Positions 1 to 10,383 of a DNA stretch of 64,000 nt are shown here, in pieces. Within the stretch, counting starts at the first letter, position 1. Every line of letters begins with the position of its first letter. This DNA comes from Dehalococcoidia bacterium. GTDB taxonomy: Bacteria; Chloroflexota; Dehalococcoidia; UBA2979. The stretch covers positions 928,001 to 992,000 of the forward strand of contig OZ244720.1 in the NCBI GenBank assembly GCA_965219085.1. The letters are read 5' to 3'. The notes below the pieces were generated by a model. That model had not been told where the DNA came from and made no database searches. It was given only the letters and a program-made list of their open reading frames with translations. A program made the translations under genes and the position numbers.

Positions 1-165
1 CAGTGCAGCGTTGCCGTTGAGCAGCGTCGAGAGTGTCGCGCGGCGCACGCCCAGCACCTCGGCCGCCTTCGTCACGGTCAGACCGAGCTCCTTGATGACC
101 TCGCTGCGGATGAAGTCGCCGGGGTGGGCGGGTGTCATGCGCACATCGATGCCACCGTCAGCCAT
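1..165 (-). CDS. higA: HigA-family (XRE HTH) antitoxin, runs off the window start
   Basis: Manual translation from ATG 165: MADGGIDVRMTPAHPGDFIRSEVIKELGLTVTKAAEVLGVRRATLSTLLNGNAAL. The HPG..IR motif plus HTH is typical of HigA. Not in the ORF track. Confidence 0.88.
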   Translation of the reverse strand, partial: MADGGIDVRMTPAHPGDFIRSEVIKELGLTVTKAAEVLGVRRATLSTLLNGNAAL

Positions 166-218
166 CAGTGGTAGTCCTCCAGATTGAGGCGGTCGATGTA
201 GCCGTCTGCGTGTCGCAC
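165..218 (-). pseudogene. higB: HigB toxin remnant (17 codons, internal deletion)
   Basis: GTG at 218 reads (M)RHADGYIDRLNLEDYH*. LNLEDYH is the typical HigB C-terminus, and the stop overlaps the higA start (TGATG). Confidence 0.75.
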
Positions 219-221
219 TAC

Positions 222-240
222 CGTACGGTGTGACCGTACG
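222..240. promoter_or_regulatory. Palindromic operator, probable HigA site
   Basis: Perfect inverted repeat CGTACGGT-gtg-ACCGTACG directly upstream of the higB start. Confidence 0.6.
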
Positions 241-283
241 CGGCGCACGACGGGAGACCCTGCTTCTGCTTGAGCGCTGGTCG

Positions 284-1798
284 CTACAACTCCTCCGGCA
301 GCGGATGCGCCTGCTCCCACTCATCCAGCCGCCGCTCGAGGTCGTCGAGGGAGCCGTCGTCGGGCTCGTGGCGGCCGTATCGCGTGCGGTCGAAGCTGTC
401 GGCGATGTCCGGGAACGGCGGCGCTTGCAGGCGTCGACCCGCGTCGGCGCCGAACTCGATCGGCGTCTGCCCGGCGAAGCGGTCCACGCCACGCACGCGG
501 GCGTCGTCCAGTGTGCGCGCGAAGAGCTGGTAGGCGCGGCTCTGCGACAGCCAGTCCCACGACTCCTCACGGCTGCGTGGCCTCGGCACGATGCGACCAA
601 AGAGCGAGGCGAGGTTGCCGCTCTGCGAGCTGCCGCGCACCTCGGTGTACGTCTCCTCCGTGCCACGCCGACCGCGCCGGAACAGCAGCAGCCCGACGCG
701 ATACAGGACGACGAGGATGACCGCCACCGCGACGCCGCGGATGGCGTCCGGCAGCCAGCTCGGGAACTCGATAACGCCGTCGCGCACTTCCTCGTCCTCG
801 GCGGATGAGGGCTCGCTGAGGTCGATCCCCGCCTGTTGGAACTCGATCTCGCCGATGAGCGCGCCGAGGACCCACTCCACGGCCCATGCGATCGGCGTGA
901 GCACGATGACCAGCACCCACGTGACCAGCCACGCTGCCGCTCGCCCGATCGGGTCGAACGCGCGTTGCGCGTCAACGAGCATCAGCAGCCCGAACAGCAG
1001 CGCGATCGCCGCCAGCATCCCCACCGTGCCGACGACTGAGATGGCCCACGGCGCGTCGCGCTGCACGGCCGTGTCGTCCTCGGGCGCGCGTGCGGCGTGC
1101 GCCGTTGCGAGCGCCAGCGAGGCGATCACGAAGTAGGGCAGCACGAGCGCGCCCGCCACGTCGGCGCCGGCGGCATGCCCGAACAGCGTCGCCAGGACGA
1201 CGACCGCGAAGCCGACGCCGAAGCTGCGCAGCACGCGCTCGAACGTGACCGGGCCGCGCCCGGCGAAGAGGAAACGGAACCACAGCACCGTCAGCCCAAC
1301 GACCGTCACGGTGCGCGACACCCCGCGCAGCGGGTCGACGTCGGGATCCGCGACGAACTCGACGACGCCGACCTCGCCGACGATGCCAGCGAGGATGCCG
1401 CCCTCCCACGGTGCGCCCTCGGCGAGCGAGACCTGGATGCCCACCGTCACCAGGATGATCGAGCCGCTCACCCCCGCCGCCGCGCGCGCCGCGGCCGGCA
1501 GGTCCGACATCGCCAGCACCCGCATCAGCCCGAACGCGGCGAACGCGAGCCCGATCACGACGACGAGCGGCGCTCCGCCCACGGCCGCGTCGGCCGCGAT
1601 CTCCGCCATCGCGCGCGCGTCCTGCGCGCGGTCCGGCTGCAGGAAGTCTCCCGCGCGGATGCCGCGCCCGATGTCTTCGGACAGATCGGCGAAGCGGTTG
1701 CGCTCGACGCTGCTCGCGAACGTGCGCAGCACGATGAACCACAGCAGCGCCTCGGCGAGCAGGTACAGCCCGGTCGCGAGCGGCCGCCGCCAACTCAC
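284..1798 (-). CDS. Multi-TM membrane protein with C-terminal DUF4129-like domain
   Basis: 504 aa with many hydrophobic segments and a C-terminal Y..F...G..R..GQTP.EF...F.R.RYG pattern; third gene of a MoxR-DUF58 operon. Confidence 0.7.
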   Translation of the reverse strand: MSWRRPLATGLYLLAEALLWFIVLRTFASSVERNRFADLSEDIGRGIRAGDFLQPDRAQDARAMAEIAADAAVGGAPLVVVIGLAFAAFGLMRVLAMSDLPAAARAAAGVSGSIILVTVGIQVSLAEGAPWEGGILAGIVGEVGVVEFVADPDVDPLRGVSRTVTVVGLTVLWFRFLFAGRGPVTFERVLRSFGVGFAVVVLATLFGHAAGADVAGALVLPYFVIASLALATAHAARAPEDDTAVQRDAPWAISVVGTVGMLAAIALLFGLLMLVDAQRAFDPIGRAAAWLVTWVLVIVLTPIAWAVEWVLGALIGEIEFQQAGIDLSEPSSAEDEEVRDGVIEFPSWLPDAIRGVAVAVILVVLYRVGLLLFRRGRRGTEETYTEVRGSSQSGNLASLFGRIVPRPRSREESWDWLSQSRAYQLFARTLDDARVRGVDRFAGQTPIEFGADAGRRLQAPPFPDIADSFDRTRYGRHEPDDGSLDDLERRLDEWEQAHPLPEEL

Positions 1799-1808
1799 CG
1801 CGCGGCCC

Positions 1809-3092
1809 TCACGACTCGACCCTCACCACCTGGACGCGCGAGCGCGTCCACGGCTCGCTCTCGTCCTCGGCGGCGGCTTGCTCCTCCAGCGCCTCCATGC
1901 GCGTGGCGACTTCGGTCACCGGGATCGACCCCAGCGACTGCTGCCACGGCTGGTCGGAGGTCTTCACGACGTGCACGGTGTGCCCCTCGTGGCTCAGCCG
2001 CTGGAGCGTGGCCGTGAGGTCCGCCGGCATGAGCGCCGCCACGACGACGATGGTCGCCCCCAGCGACAGCGCCTGGCCGCGACGCTCGAGTTCGGCGGAG
2101 AGCGGGTGCATCGCGAACGGGTTGGTGCCCGCCAGGGCTTCGAGCACGCGTGTCAGCTGATCCGGACGGCGGCCCGCGCCGATGCGAACCGGACGGTCGG
2201 CATCGGGCAGCGCGCCGTTCGAGATGATGCCGAGCGCCGCCCTCCGCTCGAACGCGTCGCGAGCGATCGAGGCGGCCACCACCACGCCGCGCTCGAGCAG
2301 CACGGGGTCGGAACCCTCCCACGTGTGCTCCAGCGTCATGACGTCGAGCGCCACGATCAGCGCCTGCTCGCGCGAGGGCTCGTAGAGCTTCGACTGCAGC
2401 CGGTTGGCGCGCGCCGTCGCGTTCCAGTCGATCTGCTTCAGCGGGTCGCCGGGGATGTAGTCGCGCACGCCGACGACGCGGATCGGGTCGGGGAAGATCC
2501 GCGACCCGCCGCGGTGCTCGCCGAACGGCCGTGCGCTCACGACGCCGAGGTCGTCGAGCGCGTATGTGCGGGGGTAGACGATCAGGAGCTCCTGGCCGCC
2601 CACGTACTCTTCGCGCTCGAACAGGCCGAACAGGTCGCCCGACCTGAGTCGTGCGGGCCCCAGGCGGTGGTACCCGCGCGACACCGTGCGCATCTCGATC
2701 GGCCACTCGAGGCGGTCGCCGGAGCGCAGCGCCGTGGTGCGCGTGAGGTAGACGAACCCGGGCGTGCCGGCCGGAGAGGTCTTCGCGTCGATGACGGGCG
2801 CGTCGTCCGGCAGGCGCTCGCGCACCTCGATCCACGGCACGGGCAGGATTTTCTCGTTCGTGAGGTGCATCGTCACCTGCACGTTCTCGCCGACGAAGGC
2901 GCGGTGCTCGGACAGCTCGCGGCGATACTCCACGTCCTCGAGCGAGAGCCTCGACCACAGCCGCGCGGCGCCACCCGCGCCGAGCACGAGCGCGCCGAGG
3001 CCAAGCAGCGGCACGGACTCGATGGTGAGCCCGACCACGCCCAGGACCAGCGAAGCGGTCAGCCAGGACTCGCTGAGCAGGGAGCGCATCAT
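1809..3092 (-). CDS. DUF58 domain protein (MoxR-associated)
   Basis: RGYHRLGP...GDLFGL, VYPR and GVRDYIPGDPLKQIDWNATAR motifs. Start placed at ATG 3092, just after the MoxR stop; the ORF track extends it into the repeat. Confidence 0.88.
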   Translation of the reverse strand: MMRSLLSESWLTASLVLGVVGLTIESVPLLGLGALVLGAGGAARLWSRLSLEDVEYRRELSEHRAFVGENVQVTMHLTNEKILPVPWIEVRERLPDDAPVIDAKTSPAGTPGFVYLTRTTALRSGDRLEWPIEMRTVSRGYHRLGPARLRSGDLFGLFEREEYVGGQELLIVYPRTYALDDLGVVSARPFGEHRGGSRIFPDPIRVVGVRDYIPGDPLKQIDWNATARANRLQSKLYEPSREQALIVALDVMTLEHTWEGSDPVLLERGVVVAASIARDAFERRAALGIISNGALPDADRPVRIGAGRRPDQLTRVLEALAGTNPFAMHPLSAELERRGQALSLGATIVVVAALMPADLTATLQRLSHEGHTVHVVKTSDQPWQQSLGSIPVTEVATRMEALEEQAAAEDESEPWTRSRVQVVRVES

Positions 3093-3096
3093 GCGG

Positions 3097-4365
<1,269 letters not shown>

Positions 4366-4491
4366 GGTGGCCCCCTCGTTACGTCGTCAGCGGGTGTGCA
4401 GGTGGGGAGGATAGCAGGCGAGGGCTTATGGACGGCGCGAGGGCGATCACGCTCGGTTCCGGGCCGCCCTCGAAGGGCCTAGACTGGAGCC

Positions 4492-5787
4492 ATGATCCGC
4501 CGGATTGCGATTCGCGGCTATAAGTCCCTGCAGGAGATCGACCTGCGCCTGAATCCTCTCACGATCGTCGTCGGCCCAAACGCCGCTGGCAAGAGCAACC
4601 TCTTGGACACCATCGGCCTGCTGAGCCGTACAGTCGAAGGTGACCCTCAATCCGCGTTCACTGAGCACCGTGGCGAGCCTCTGCGCTCATTCACGTTCGA
4701 CGAAACGGGTATCGAAGGCCTCATCCAGCGGGGAGATGCGTCCTTCCGTATCGATGTCGACGTCGAGTTGTCGGCCTCCGCAGTGGAAGAGGTGAACCGC
4801 ACCATCACACAAGCGCGCGAGGGGCACGAACCCGCGCGAGCTCTGGTCCGCGAGAGGCTCCTGGGATACTCGCTGGAGGTGCAGATGCGCACCGACTCGG
4901 GAGTACTACAGGTCACCGACGAGTCGCTACACGCGCTGAACCAGAGTCTTGAAGTGAAGCAATCGCGCAATCCGTTCTTATCCAGTGTGGCGAAGCCGGG
5001 AGGCATCGAGCGGCTTTCCCTACGCCTTGAACGACAAAGCCACCCGTTCGAGCATGACCTCGGGATGGGCCGCACGGTCGTATCTCTCCCGAACTACGCT
5101 CCGCACCACCCGCATCTCGTCGCGCTCCACGACGAACTTGCCTCTTGGTGTACCTACTATCTCGAACCCGAAGCCATGCGCCGCGACTCACCCGTGCGCG
5201 TCGTCACGAGACTCCCCCGCGACGGGTCCGACCTCGCTGCGTTCTATAACACCATGGAGAAGGAGCACCCCCTGACGTTTGCGGCTATGAATCGAGCGCT
5301 CCGGGTCGTGCTGCCTGGAATCGAGCGTGTCGGTGTTTCTACTACGGCCGCGGGACGCCTCCGCCTGTACGTGGTCGACGGGGGCGTGAGCTTCGAAGCG
5401 AGTGTACTGTCCGAGGGCACACTTCGCATTCTGGCGCTGATCGGTATCACGAACTCCCCGACCCCTGCATCCGTAGTCGGCTACGAGGAACCTGAGAACG
5501 GCGTGTACCCTGCGCGCCTCTCGTGGATCGCGAGCCTGTTCGAGGAAGCATCCAGGGGCGGAGACACGCAGTTCATTCTGAATACGCACTCCGCTGACTT
5601 CCCGGCGAAATTCTCGGGCAAGAGCGCTCTTCTGCTTCGCTGCTTCAAGGACCGCGGGGCTACGCGGTTTGACGAGATCGACAGCCGTCCGCTGTTCGAA
5701 CCGGAGATTCGAGCTGCTCTCGATGAGAACCGGCTTACGCCGGTTTCGCCGCTCTCAACGCGCATCGAGCGAGGCGATTTCCTGTAG
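4492..5787 (+). CDS. ABC-type/AAA_21 ATPase (SMC/OLD-like)
   Basis: IRGYKSL, Walker A GPNAAGKSN, signature LSEGTLR, Walker B YEEPENGVYP, NTHS; lower GC than its flanks. Confidence 0.88.
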   Translation: MIRRIAIRGYKSLQEIDLRLNPLTIVVGPNAAGKSNLLDTIGLLSRTVEGDPQSAFTEHRGEPLRSFTFDETGIEGLIQRGDASFRIDVDVELSASAVEEVNRTITQAREGHEPARALVRERLLGYSLEVQMRTDSGVLQVTDESLHALNQSLEVKQSRNPFLSSVAKPGGIERLSLRLERQSHPFEHDLGMGRTVVSLPNYAPHHPHLVALHDELASWCTYYLEPEAMRRDSPVRVVTRLPRDGSDLAAFYNTMEKEHPLTFAAMNRALRVVLPGIERVGVSTTAAGRLRLYVVDGGVSFEASVLSEGTLRILALIGITNSPTPASVVGYEEPENGVYPARLSWIASLFEEASRGGDTQFILNTHSADFPAKFSGKSALLLRCFKDRGATRFDEIDSRPLFEPEIRAALDENRLTPVSPLSTRIERGDFL

Positions 5788-5896
5788 GTGCGAGTTCTGT
5801 ACGTACTGGAAGACCACGCGCATGCGCAGTTCGTCCCTCCGCTCTTGGGGAGAATCTCAACGGACGTTGGGGTCGACCTCGACGGACGAGCACTAA

Positions 5897-7072
5897 GGAT
5901 GGTCTGATCAGGTGGCGTGTCGGGCGCGGTGCGTATCGATCAGCGTGCCGAGCCGCGCTGTGGGGGCCCGATACCGCGGTCCATGGGTGGTCTCGCCTCC
6001 ATGTCGCTCCGGGAGCGCTCCGGCGGGCGATTCGGGACGCACGGCTCCCGCGATCACGCGAGCTGAGGCTCAGCTCGCAACAGGTTCGTGAAGCCGAGCA
6101 GCAGCATGAGACGCTGGCGGTTCTTCTCAAGACCCCGGTAGCGGACCTGCGCGTACCCGAAGTGCCGCTTCACGTAGAGAAACGGATGCTCAGCCTTGGC
6201 ACGCACCGAGGCCTTGCGCCGCTCCGCCTGCGCCTCCTCGCCCCCCGGCGCCAGCTGCCGCCTGAGACCCGGACGCATCGCCACCTGCCAGCTCACCTCC
6301 GACCCCGCGTGCTCCGGGCGCTTCTCCACTCCCTGGTAGCCGGCGTCGCCCCACGCCTCCGTCTCACCCCCGTGCAAGAGGCGATGAGCCTCGGTCACGT
6401 CGGAGACGTTCGCCGCCGTCGTGCTCACGCTGTGGACCAGCCCCGTCCGCGCATCCGTGCCGGTGTGCAGCTTCATCCCGAAGTACCACTGCCGGCCCTT
6501 GCTGGTCTGGTGCATCTCGGGGTCGCGCGCACGCTCGCGGTTCTTCGTCGATGACGGCGCGCTGATGATCGTGGAGTCCACGATCGTGCCCTCGCGCACC
6601 TGCAGACCCTGCCGTGCCAGGTGCGCGTTGATCGTCGCGAACAGCTCCGTTCCCAGCTGATGGCGCTCCAGCAGGTGGCGGAAGTTGAGGATCGTCGTCT
6701 CATCGGGAATCGGCTCGGAGAGGCTGAGACCGGCGAACTCGAGCATCGAACGGGAGTCGTAGAGTTCCTGCTCCATGCCGGGGTCGCTGAGGTTGAACCA
6801 GAGCTGCAGGCAGTGGATGCGCAGCATCACGCGCAGCGCGTAGGGGCGGCGTCCGCGGCCGCGCTTTGGATAGACGGGCGCGATGCGCTGCTCCAGCTCA
6901 GCCCAGGGGACGAGCCTGTCCATGCGCTCGAGGAACGTCTGCCGCCTCGTCTTGACCTTCTTGTGCTCGTACTCGACGCTGCCGAACGAACGCTGCTGCA
7001 TGGGTCGCCCCTCTCCGGGTCGCCCCATGATCGCATCTGCTCACCCGCTCAGGCGAGTTGTTCAGACCATCC
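5897..7072 (-). mobile_element. IS5-family insertion sequence, 1176 bp, intact
   Basis: Terminal inverted repeats GGATGGTCTGA(T/A)CA (13/14 match); CTAA target duplication at 5893-5896 and 7073-7076; contains a transposase. Confidence 0.95.
6054..7001 (-). CDS. IS5-family DDE transposase
   Basis: PDETTILNFRHLLE, VDSTIISAPSSTKN, WYFGMKLH, WGDAGYQG, KASVRAKAEHPF, VRYRGL. Confidence 0.96.
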   Translation of the reverse strand: MQQRSFGSVEYEHKKVKTRRQTFLERMDRLVPWAELEQRIAPVYPKRGRGRRPYALRVMLRIHCLQLWFNLSDPGMEQELYDSRSMLEFAGLSLSEPIPDETTILNFRHLLERHQLGTELFATINAHLARQGLQVREGTIVDSTIISAPSSTKNRERARDPEMHQTSKGRQWYFGMKLHTGTDARTGLVHSVSTTAANVSDVTEAHRLLHGGETEAWGDAGYQGVEKRPEHAGSEVSWQVAMRPGLRRQLAPGGEEAQAERRKASVRAKAEHPFLYVKRHFGYAQVRYRGLEKNRQRLMLLLGFTNLLRAEPQLA

Positions 7073-7677
7073 CTAACAGCCATGGGTGGCGCTGGGCGAA
7101 CCATCGCCGGGCTCCGTCAACTACTGGTCGATATCAGAAGTGGGGTTGTCGATCGCCCGATGCGATTGTCGTCGGCGTCGACGCGGACTGCGATCAGGGC
7201 GACCGCCGGCGGCAGGTCGAACGTGCAGTGGAGCTTGAGGAGTACGACGGCGTTGTGCTCACTGCTGAGCCTGATCCCCACATCGAGGCTTGGTATCTGG
7301 CCGACGCGGCGTACGTTCAAGAATTGCTTCGCACGTCAGAGCGTCCCGCCACTCCAAGAGCGAGGTGCAGGAAGGACGAGTACAAGAACCAGCTCCGAGC
7401 GATCGTCCGGTCCAGTGGAGCGCCGGCCCCTCTCGGCGGTGTCGAGTTCGGCCCTGAGATTGCTGAAGGCACGAGCCTGTTCCGAGCCGGCCGGGACGTG
7501 CGATCGCTCGGACAGTTCGTCGACGAGGCCCGTGCGCTCTTGCGACAGTACGCAGCCTAGCCCTCGCAACTCCACCGTCGGCTGGCGACGCCCACCGGAG
7601 GCCGACCGCTAAGGCCGCGATCGTTTAGCCTTCCCGCCGGAGCACAGTTCAGGTTTCCCGCCGGAGGAGGCGCGCGC

Positions 7678-8610
7678 ATGGCGTTCACCAAGGTCCACCA
7701 CATCGGCATCCTCGTCGATGAGCTCGAGGTCGGGCGTCACGTCTTCTGCGACGGCTGGGGCCTCGCCGTCAACGAGCACCACTCCCCCTGGCCCGACGGC
7801 CGCCCCGGCACCATCGACGGCACCACCAGCATCGAGATCCCCATCGGCGAGATGTACCTCGAGATCAGCGCGCCCGACGGCGACACCGGCCCCGCCGCCG
7901 AGTTCGTCGCCGACCGTCGCGCCGGCATGTACTGGATCGCGCTCGCCTCCAGCGACCTCGCCGGCGACGTGGCGATGCTGCAGGCCAACGGCGTCGCGAC
8001 CGAGGGCGAGTGGGACGGGGCGAGCGCCGTCTTCCTCGACCCCGCCGACACGCTCGGCCTGCGCATCCAGATCGTCGCCGAGGACGGCTACTACACCCAC
8101 CCGCACTACCTCGGCACGGGCATCCTCACCGGCATGGGCCACGTCGGCATCGCCGCGCGCTCGATGGACGAGATCCGCGACCTCTTCGGCGGCAAGTTCG
8201 GCCTCGCCGAAGACCCCTTCGAGGAGCGCGGCCTCGATAGCGACGACTACGAGGACGACGGCGAAGACCGCAACGCCGACGACCCCGTGCACCTCGTCGA
8301 GTACCCGCTCGGCGGGACGGTGATCGAGATCAGCGTGCCGACGACCGACACGAGCGGCACGGCGCGGCTGGTGCAGAACCGCGCGCCGCTCGGCGCCGTC
8401 TACCACCACATCGCGCCCTACGCGCCCGACGTGCATCGTTCGGCCGAGACCGGCGTGGCCGCCGGACTCGTGCTGATCGACCCCGTGCCGCCGCGCGAGG
8501 AGGGCCGCGAGGTACACGTCGCGTGGTTCCACCCGCGCACATGCGTCGGCACCCTGGTCGAGATCTGGGACCGCCCGCCCGGCGGCGGCCACCTGCGCCA
8601 GTACGAGTAG
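7678..8610 (+). CDS. Tandem VOC/glyoxalase (methylmalonyl-CoA epimerase-like) protein
   Basis: Two VOC repeats (VHHIGI...YLEI; GHVGIA...IEIS...YHHIA...FHPR..GTLVEIW); SD GGAGGAGG upstream. Confidence 0.75.
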   Translation: MAFTKVHHIGILVDELEVGRHVFCDGWGLAVNEHHSPWPDGRPGTIDGTTSIEIPIGEMYLEISAPDGDTGPAAEFVADRRAGMYWIALASSDLAGDVAMLQANGVATEGEWDGASAVFLDPADTLGLRIQIVAEDGYYTHPHYLGTGILTGMGHVGIAARSMDEIRDLFGGKFGLAEDPFEERGLDSDDYEDDGEDRNADDPVHLVEYPLGGTVIEISVPTTDTSGTARLVQNRAPLGAVYHHIAPYAPDVHRSAETGVAAGLVLIDPVPPREEGREVHVAWFHPRTCVGTLVEIWDRPPGGGHLRQYE

Positions 8611-8683
8611 CTCGACGCGAACACACGGCCCGCGCCGCCACGCGGTCGGGCCACCATCGAGAGGCCAGCGAGAGGAACTGCCA

Positions 8684-9259
8684 GTGCTTCGCAGCTTCAA
8701 CGGCAAGTCGCCCAGGGTGCACCCCACCGCCTTCGTCAGCGAGATGGCCTACGTCATCGGCGACGTCGAGATCGGGCCGTACTCGAGCGTGTGGCCGGGC
8801 ACCATCATCCGCGGCGACCACCACAAGATCGTCCTCGGCGCGTATGTCGACATCCAGGACAACTGCGTCGTCCACACCGACAGCGACGCCGTCTACGGCG
8901 ACTACGTGACGCTCGGCCACCACGTCATCTGCCACGCCAAGGCTGTCGGCACGAACTCGCTGATCGGCAACGGCGCGGTCGTCAACGGCGAGGTCAACAT
9001 CGGTGAGTACTCGATCGTCGCCGCAGGCTCGGTCGTGCTCGACAACGCCGAGATCCCGGCGCGCTCGTTCGTCGTTGGCGCGCCGGCGGAGGTGCGACGC
9101 CCGACCGAGGAGCGCCACCACCAGATGGCGCGTGGCGTCGCGCAGGGCTACGCGCGCAACGGCCAGGACTTCAAGGAGGCCGGCCTCGGCGACGTGCCCG
9201 AGGAGTTCCTGATGGCCGACGCCACCACGGACGTCCCGCCCCCGCCGGAACGAAGCTAG
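8684..9259 (+). CDS. Gamma carbonic anhydrase family protein
   Basis: Hexapeptide repeats with IRGD, IQDNCVVH and TLGHHVICH metal-binding histidines. Confidence 0.88.
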   Translation: MLRSFNGKSPRVHPTAFVSEMAYVIGDVEIGPYSSVWPGTIIRGDHHKIVLGAYVDIQDNCVVHTDSDAVYGDYVTLGHHVICHAKAVGTNSLIGNGAVVNGEVNIGEYSIVAAGSVVLDNAEIPARSFVVGAPAEVRRPTEERHHQMARGVAQGYARNGQDFKEAGLGDVPEEFLMADATTDVPPPPERS

Positions 9260-9303
9260 CCCGCCTCGACGCGCTGCTCGCTGACGACGCCCTGCGTGAC
9301 GTG

Positions 9304-9684
9304 ATGAGCGACGCGAACTCGCGGCTCGTCTATTCGAGCGACGAGGGGCGCGTGCGTCCGCCGTCCCGTCCCGCCGCTCCCGCCCGCCGGGCGTCGCGAT
9401 CGCGGGGGCCCGAGGCGTCCGGCAGGCTGCCGCGGGACCCCGGCGACGGCGTCGTGCGGCTGCATCGCGACCGGTCGGGACGGGACGGCACGCGCGGCAC
9501 CATCGTCGTCGGGCTGCCCGGGTCCGACGCGGACCTCGACGCCATGCTCAAGCACTGCAAGCAGCGGTTGGGCGCGGGCGGCACACGCCGGGGCCGCGCG
9601 CTGCTGATCCAGGGCGACCACCGCGAGCCGTTGCGAGCGCTGCTCGAGGCCGACGGGCACGCAGTCAAGCTCGTCGGCGGCTAA
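9304..9684 (+). CDS. yciH: SUI1/YciH translation initiation factor family
   Basis: SRLVYSSD.G, GDGVVRL, LGAGGT, IQGDHR, VKLVGG. Confidence 0.8.
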   Translation: MSDANSRLVYSSDEGRVRPPSRPAAPARRASRSRGPEASGRLPRDPGDGVVRLHRDRSGRDGTRGTIVVGLPGSDADLDAMLKHCKQRLGAGGTRRGRALLIQGDHREPLRALLEADGHAVKLVGG

Positions 9685-9727
9685 GCTCGCCCACCCTGCA
9701 TCGATGCGCGCGCGGTAGCATCGCGGC

Positions 9728-10381
9728 ATGCGCATCGGCGTGCTCTCCGACACCCACCTCCCCGGCCCGCTCGCCGAGGTCTCAGACCTCGGCGGCCGCA
9801 CGCTTGAGGTCTTCGCGGGCGTCGACCTGATCATGCACGCGGGCGACGTGGTGCTCCCGCGCGTGCTCGACTGGTGCGAACAGTTCGCGCCGGTGGTGTG
9901 CTCGCTCGGCGGGCAGGACCACTTCAGCGACCCGCGCTGCGCGCGCGTGCAGTACGTCGAGCACGCGGGCTGGCGGGTCGGCATGGTGCACGACGTCGAG
10001 GCGATCCCGCGCCACATCGACACGCCGCGCCAGCTCGCCGCCGAGGTCTACGGCGACGCCTCGCTCGACATCCTGATCGCGGGCGACTCGCACTACGAGC
10101 GCCTCGTCTACCGCGACGATGTGCTGCTGCTCGATCCCGGCAGCCCGACGTTCCCGCACCACCAGCGCACGCGCCTCGGCTCGGTCGCGCTCCTCGAACT
10201 CACCGCCGACGCCGTCCACGCCGAGCTCGTCCTGCTCGGCGAGACTCCCGACGCCCCCAACCCCTGCACCCCCGCCTCGGTCACCTACGACCGCACGGGC
10301 CTCATCGAGGCCTCGGTCGCCGGCGAGCCCGTCGAGCGCATGGCGTTCCGGTCGCCGCGCGCGCCGCGGTTGCGGGTGTAG
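9728..10381 (+). CDS. YfcE-like metallophosphoesterase (atypical motifs)
   Basis: IGVLSDTH, IMHAGD, DPGS; the GNHD motif reads GGQD and GHTH reads GDSH. Confidence 0.8.
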   Translation: MRIGVLSDTHLPGPLAEVSDLGGRTLEVFAGVDLIMHAGDVVLPRVLDWCEQFAPVVCSLGGQDHFSDPRCARVQYVEHAGWRVGMVHDVEAIPRHIDTPRQLAAEVYGDASLDILIAGDSHYERLVYRDDVLLLDPGSPTFPHHQRTRLGSVALLELTADAVHAELVLLGETPDAPNPCTPASVTYDRTGLIEASVAGEPVERMAFRSPRAPRLRV

Positions 10382-10383
10382 GG

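Larger units (their letters stand above)
5788..7560 (+). pseudogene. TOPRIM-like (DUF4276-type) partner of the ATPase, interrupted by IS5 and carrying a 1-bp frameshift
   Basis: GTG 5788 abuts the ATPase stop. Removing the IS and one CTAA restores MRVLYVLEDHAHAQF...DGRALTAMGGAGRTI...VDRP. A frameshift at ~7156 then continues DAIVVGVDADC...HIEAWYLAD...* at 7560. Confidence 0.78.

Noticed and set aside
7150-7160. Programmed ribosomal frameshift in the TOPRIM gene (likewise near 49128)
   Set aside because: No slippery heptamer or stimulatory structure seen; mutation or sequencing indel is simpler.
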